Of a stretch of DNA of 39,736 nt, positions 35,454-39,736 are shown one piece after another. Source of the DNA: Candidatus Heimdallarchaeota archaeon (lineage in GTDB: Archaea > Asgardarchaeota > Heimdallarchaeia > Hodarchaeales > Hodarchaeaceae); contig JBHLSH010000029.1 of the NCBI GenBank assembly GCA_048881705.1, forward strand, positions 1 to 39,736, read 5' to 3'. The notes under the pieces are model-generated. The model had not been told where the DNA came from. It saw nothing but the letters and a program-made list of their open reading frames with translations, and ran no database searches. The number at the start of each line of letters is the position of its first letter. The first letter of the stretch is position 1. The translations under genes were made by a program, and so were the position numbers.

Positions 35454-36008
35454 TCATAAGAACTCTTTTGCCCTCACATTGAGGATATTCGTCGTCATGG
35501 TTTGGAATGCCTCATTTACATTCTTACCTGTTTTAGCGCTTGTTGTGATATAATCAATGACATGCATACTGTCTTTTGCCTTTTTTACTTCTGCCTGCGT
35601 AATACCTGGTTTTAGGTCTACTTTATTTCCTATTAGGATGGATAACGAATTTGGCGCAACACGGAGAACCTGTGCCTGCCAGCGTTCCTGAATATGGATC
35701 AAGGTGTCCGCACGAGTTAAATCAAAAACGTAGAAAGCTCCTAAGGCCCCTTTTAAGTATAAATGAGAATAAGAAACATGTCGAGCTTGACCAGCGATAT
35801 CCCATAACTGGAGGCTAACGTGGCGGATAGTATCTTGGGTATCTATAAAACGAATCGTTTTGGTTAGAAAATCTACCCCCAACGACATTGAATAATCTTC
35901 TTTGAATTTATTCTCAATAAACCTTAAAATTAAGCTTGTTTTCCCTACAGCCCCATCTCCCATCAAAAGCAATTTCAGAACATGTTTTATTTCTTTCATT
36001 TTGGGCAT
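35454..36008 (-). CDS. Rab-like small GTPase
   Basis: G1 GDGAVGKT, LGVDF, G3 WDIAGQ, YLKGA, VFDLT, G4 NKVD, G5 TSAK; no C-terminal Cys motif. Confidence 0.95.
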   Translation of the reverse strand: MPKMKEIKHVLKLLLMGDGAVGKTSLILRFIENKFKEDYSMSLGVDFLTKTIRFIDTQDTIRHVSLQLWDIAGQARHVSYSHLYLKGALGAFYVFDLTRADTLIHIQERWQAQVLRVAPNSLSILIGNKVDLKPGITQAEVKKAKDSMHVIDYITTSAKTGKNVNEAFQTMTTNILNVRAKEFL

Positions 36009-36291
36009 AAATCTGTCTCCTTACATTAATTGATTTTTGGACACGTTTTTGTTTCGTAACTCAGACAGCATGGTGGTTTTATTTGAAAACGAGGAAAACG
36101 TCTGCTACGCTATAAGAATAAATGGGCCGTAGAGAACCTGTTTCTCTCTTCAAAGAGGTCTTTAATATATCAAAAATCTGCCTATTTGAGACGGTTAAAA
36201 AACCTTTACACCCAGAGATCGCGCATGAGTAGGTTGATTCGCTCCAGAACTGTAAAGTGATGAATGTTTACCAGCAATTGTATATTGATAG

Positions 36292-36531
36292 GTGCCCTTG
36301 AATATGGAAGACGATTACCTGGGAACAGAGATGTGGATTAAGGTCGTTCTTAAGGATTTAGGCGAAGCAACCACTCAGGAGATAATTGATCACGTTAAAA
36401 TCTACAACCAAGAATGTGCAGATCGAATTCCAATGGCATTGGCTCAAATGCGAGCCAACGGGAAGGCGTATTACAAGATTCGGGCATCGCAAGATGAAAA
36501 AAGAAAGAACATGGTGTGGAAGTTGATATAG
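36292..36531 (+). CDS. Small winged-helix-like hypothetical protein
   Basis: VLKDLGEATTQEII...LAQMRANGKAYY...VWKL pattern; the start may be the ATG at 36304. Confidence 0.6.
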   Translation: MPLNMEDDYLGTEMWIKVVLKDLGEATTQEIIDHVKIYNQECADRIPMALAQMRANGKAYYKIRASQDEKRKNMVWKLI

Positions 36532-36535
36532 GAGG

Positions 36536-38254
36536 TTAAATCCTAATTTCTTGACCTTCTAAGGGAATAATAATGTCCGGACTCATCCTATGGATTTCAA
36601 CCACGGATTTTATTGTTTCATCCCCAAGATGCGTCAATACGAGCCGCTTGGTATATTCGGTGAGCTTCCTTGCTTGGTAATAATTTAGGTGCACTCCTGC
36701 GAGTTCACGACGAAAGAAATTGCACTCTACCACCGCCAGATCCGTGTTTCTGACAAGTTCAATGAGATTATCTGTCCATCCAGTATCTCCTGAGTAAGCT
36801 AATTTCATAAAGGGGGTTTCTATTCGATAACCCTGCGCTTCTGGCGTGTGTGCCATGGCAATAGGGATTATTTGTATCCCATCGCTGTTAAATGGCGTTG
36901 TATGAGTTATTTCAACGTAATTGCACGGATGGGAAAGTTCGGTTTTTGGGATATTTCCATAAAACAGGTGAAATAATTCGTCAATTCGGTTTTTGAGTAG
37001 AGGCGGGCCAATGATCGTGAGAGGTTTGGTGCGTGATGGGTGAAGATACATCAATTCTAAGAGGAGGAAGGGCATGCCAGCCAGGTGATCGCCATGAAAA
37101 TGGGTGATAAGAATCATATCGAGATCATCTGTACTTCTCCCCGTTGCCTTCAATGCCTGAAGAGCATGGGGTCCGCAATCCAAGAGAATTCCCTTATGCT
37201 GATATTCTAAAAAAATACCTGCACTCTTAAAGCCAGCCGAAGCATAAGGATCACCTGTTCCTAAAAATACCAAATTCCCATGAGATTTATTTTTCGAAAA
37301 TATCCGAGTTCCTACTGATCTGCTATTATTCAAAGCATAGGGAAAATCTTCTACACCAGTAACTACGCATTCTACATACCCTCTCGCCAGCCTAACAATA
37401 TTTTCCAATTTTCCCTGCATAGCACCCGTCACATCGTGTCCTCCACTGGCTTCCCCGCTTTCGAATTCCAATAAAGCGTTATTCTCTCCATAGCATAGAT
37501 AACGGTCAGGAAAAACTTCTATTCGGTTAATATATTTTGCTCCGTTTAAAAATGGATCTTTGGTATATATTCCAACCTTTTTTCCTGAAACTTGTGTAAT
37601 AAAGATTGCCCTGGTCAACCTAAGCCATGAAATACGATCCATGAGTGCAGATGGAATAATATCTCCTGAAAACACTCGCCATCCGTCGCGGGTGTATCCC
37701 ATATCTCCAAAAAACATAGGTATTACATTCGTATTACAAATTAACTCCTCCAGTACGTCAAGATTGGGTGCGGTTACCTTTTTTGCCGCTTTTTCTGTCG
37801 TAGGGTCTCCTCTCAAGATCTGATGCGAAGTAACAGAAACTGTTGGAAGTCCCGCCTGGATTCCTGCCGCGACAAGAATTTGATTCTGGATTCCTACTGC
37901 TAGTTTGATAACGGGGGAGATTTTTTGGAGGATTTTTACATCCCTGGCGAGTGTGGCAACAAGGGGATGACCAATAGAGCCAGCGCCATGAAGTAAGATC
38001 ATTCTTTCATGAGGATTCTGCCTGAGGTGACCACTTATGGTCGTGAAGATTTTATTAACATGCCGTAGATCAAGAAGATTGAGGATCGTGGCCTGTAAAT
38101 CAGGTAAATTGCTCGAAGAATCCATAAAACTTTCAATCGAACCCAAATAATCATGAATCAGATCACTATCATGCTTTCGTGTAATTACGTTTCCTCCCAG
38201 TTTAACTAGCGTAACTTTCTGCTTTATCATTGCTCTAATCCCAGCATGGCTCAC
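36536..38254 (-). CDS. Fusion of an isopentenyl phosphate kinase-like domain and an MBL-fold metallohydrolase
   Basis: N-part: KLGGNVIT, HGAGSIGH, FSGD, DVTGAMQGK, GTRI. C-part: FLGTG, LLDCG, THFHGDH, AHT, YSGDT, EC, LTH. One uninterrupted frame. Confidence 0.85.
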   Translation of the reverse strand: MSHAGIRAMIKQKVTLVKLGGNVITRKHDSDLIHDYLGSIESFMDSSSNLPDLQATILNLLDLRHVNKIFTTISGHLRQNPHERMILLHGAGSIGHPLVATLARDVKILQKISPVIKLAVGIQNQILVAAGIQAGLPTVSVTSHQILRGDPTTEKAAKKVTAPNLDVLEELICNTNVIPMFFGDMGYTRDGWRVFSGDIIPSALMDRISWLRLTRAIFITQVSGKKVGIYTKDPFLNGAKYINRIEVFPDRYLCYGENNALLEFESGEASGGHDVTGAMQGKLENIVRLARGYVECVVTGVEDFPYALNNSRSVGTRIFSKNKSHGNLVFLGTGDPYASAGFKSAGIFLEYQHKGILLDCGPHALQALKATGRSTDDLDMILITHFHGDHLAGMPFLLLELMYLHPSRTKPLTIIGPPLLKNRIDELFHLFYGNIPKTELSHPCNYVEITHTTPFNSDGIQIIPIAMAHTPEAQGYRIETPFMKLAYSGDTGWTDNLIELVRNTDLAVVECNFFRRELAGVHLNYYQARKLTEYTKRLVLTHLGDETIKSVVEIHRMSPDIIIPLEGQEIRI

Positions 38255-38277
38255 AATTTTGCAGATTTTCGTAAATA

Positions 38278-39327
38278 TTATGGCTTATTGAATTCATCCA
38301 GAATTGCTGCAGCAAGAAGATCTAATGTAGCTTGAACATCGTTCATTCGAACAGTTTCAAAATCAGTATGGGTGTAACGGGTCGGTACAGCTACCATTAC
38401 CGTGGGATGGCCTCTTTGGAAAAAATGTACTCCATCTGTGTTGAAATTACTGAAAACTGCTTTTTGTATAGGTATATCGGAATTTTGCGCGCTTTTTTCC
38501 AAGATTTTTATGTTATCTATAGAATAATGGATTGAAAAGTCTTTATAGACGACAATTGGCCCCGCTCCTAATTTTGTAGGTAGAAAATCCTGTTCGGATG
38601 ACGGAATATCACCTACTAGGCCCACATCAATAATGATCACCAAATCATACTTTTCCCGAAGTGCAGCAGCGGCGGCTCCTTTCATTCCGATTTCTTCTTG
38701 AACAGTTGAGACCAATGTTAGATTTGGAGAGGCCCTTCTTCTTAAAATCTCATCTGTTAGAAGACACTGAAGAGTTAAAGCCACGCGATTATCCATACCT
38801 GGACCCACGATGTTACGCTGCCTATGAACTACGTTTGATGCAAAAATGGCTGGGGTTCCTATATCTATCCCTAGGGCTCGGACTTCTTGATCTGAATCGA
38901 TGCCAAGATCGATGAAAATTTCCGGAAAAAGCACAGGTTTCTTTTTCCCTTCGATTCCCGCTAAATGGCCGCTACGCAGTCCAATGTGACCCTCAATAGG
39001 TCCTACATCTGTAAGAAACTTTAAGGGAACTCCCGATAAAAACCGCGCATCAGGAGTGGTAGCTGCTGTGTTAAAAGCAACCTTCAAGAATCCATTGGGG
39101 AGAATTTGTTGAACCAGGAACCCTATTGTATCTGCATGCCCTACAACGGCGATATGTTTTCCATCGCCTTCCAGGCGGCCGAACAAGTTCCCGACCTTGT
39201 CTTCCGATATTTTTATCCCCATTTCCTTCCATGTATTTCTGAGAAAGTGTTGAACAGCCCCTTCTCGACCTACGGGTCCCGGTATTTCTGCTAGCTGCTT
39301 CAACAAACCAAATATGTCATGATCCAT
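38278..39327 (-). CDS. M42-family aminopeptidase (TET-like)
   Basis: PGPVGRE, GHADTIG, MDNR, VQEEIG, DVG, TDG, PTRYTH. Confidence 0.95.
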   Translation of the reverse strand: MDHDIFGLLKQLAEIPGPVGREGAVQHFLRNTWKEMGIKISEDKVGNLFGRLEGDGKHIAVVGHADTIGFLVQQILPNGFLKVAFNTAATTPDARFLSGVPLKFLTDVGPIEGHIGLRSGHLAGIEGKKKPVLFPEIFIDLGIDSDQEVRALGIDIGTPAIFASNVVHRQRNIVGPGMDNRVALTLQCLLTDEILRRRASPNLTLVSTVQEEIGMKGAAAAALREKYDLVIIIDVGLVGDIPSSEQDFLPTKLGAGPIVVYKDFSIHYSIDNIKILEKSAQNSDIPIQKAVFSNFNTDGVHFFQRGHPTVMVAVPTRYTHTDFETVRMNDVQATLDLLAAAILDEFNKP

Positions 39328-39736
39328 GCTGATCCAATCCGAAATTAATGATTGAACTTGTACTTAATAAGAGACCATTTAGAAAATCAATATCTGAATC
39401 GCTAAACTTGTAATTGAAACTCAATCAATACCAACTTCTTTGGTCCTTCAAAACGATAGAATGGATTGGGCATCATGGTACGGAAGAGAAACCTTTGGAA
39501 ATCCATCCTAAAGCTGAGATCCCCCTATGATGTAGCAATGCGAAGTACTCGAAATAAGTCCTGATAATATCAATCCATTAATCGTTTTTGTTCATCCTGT
39601 TCCTCATTCTTCCAATCTGAGGTTCTGGAACTCCTTTGAGACACTCGTAACTGCTTGTATTGTTCCTGATAACTCTATCTATTCGATCAAGATTTTTTTA
39701 GATCTTGAAGGAATATCTTATTAATAATTCCCCGTG

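Noticed and set aside
39328-39736. Partial gene at the right edge
   Set aside because: All three minus-strand frames are interrupted by stops and the + frames I read gave only short peptides.
1-39736. CRISPR arrays, tRNA/rRNA genes, transposases, integrases
   Set aside because: No regularly spaced repeats, cloverleaf or rRNA-like stretches, or recombinase motifs were seen by eye; tRNAscan-SE and cmscan would be needed to exclude RNAs fully.

Overview
A gene-dense archaeal chromosomal window with no recognisable mobile element, CRISPR array, rRNA or tRNA. The content (Rab-like small GTPase, longin-roadblock fusion, HEAT/winged-helix scaffold, stand-alone receiver domains, archaeal-type CoA pathway) points to an Asgard archaeon, probably Heimdallarchaeia; this assignment is inference. 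Main blocks: (i) a 5'-truncated HAAS-like membrane protein, an alpha/beta hydrolase, an MFS transporter, a small HEXXH protein and two unknown membrane proteins (1-8.3 kb); (ii) dinB and sfsA; (iii) a TPR protein, two tandem paralogous double-HTH Lrp-like regulators and a receiver protein; (iv) an endonuclease IV gene followed by an orphan beta-class DNA methyltransferase; (v) EamA transporter, membrane-anchored M6-type protease, degenerate nucleotidyltransferase-like protein, NDP-sugar epimerase, FAH-family hydrolase, secreted MBL-fold protein, second receiver; (vi) a five-gene archaeal CoA operon (coaBC, panE, pantoate kinase, phosphopantothenate synthetase, panB); (vii) a tightly packed six-gene minus-strand run: Rab-like GTPase, longin-roadblock, GNAT, tandem winged helix, HEAT plus winged-helix repeats, ERCC4 nuclease; (viii) an isopentenyl-phosphate-kinase-like/MBL-hydrolase fusion and an M42 peptidase. 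The best novelty candidates are the GTPase-to-ERCC4 run, the kinase-hydrolase fusion and a PCNA-binding-like (PIP) tail on the orphan methyltransferase. All family calls come from motif reading by eye; no database searches were run.
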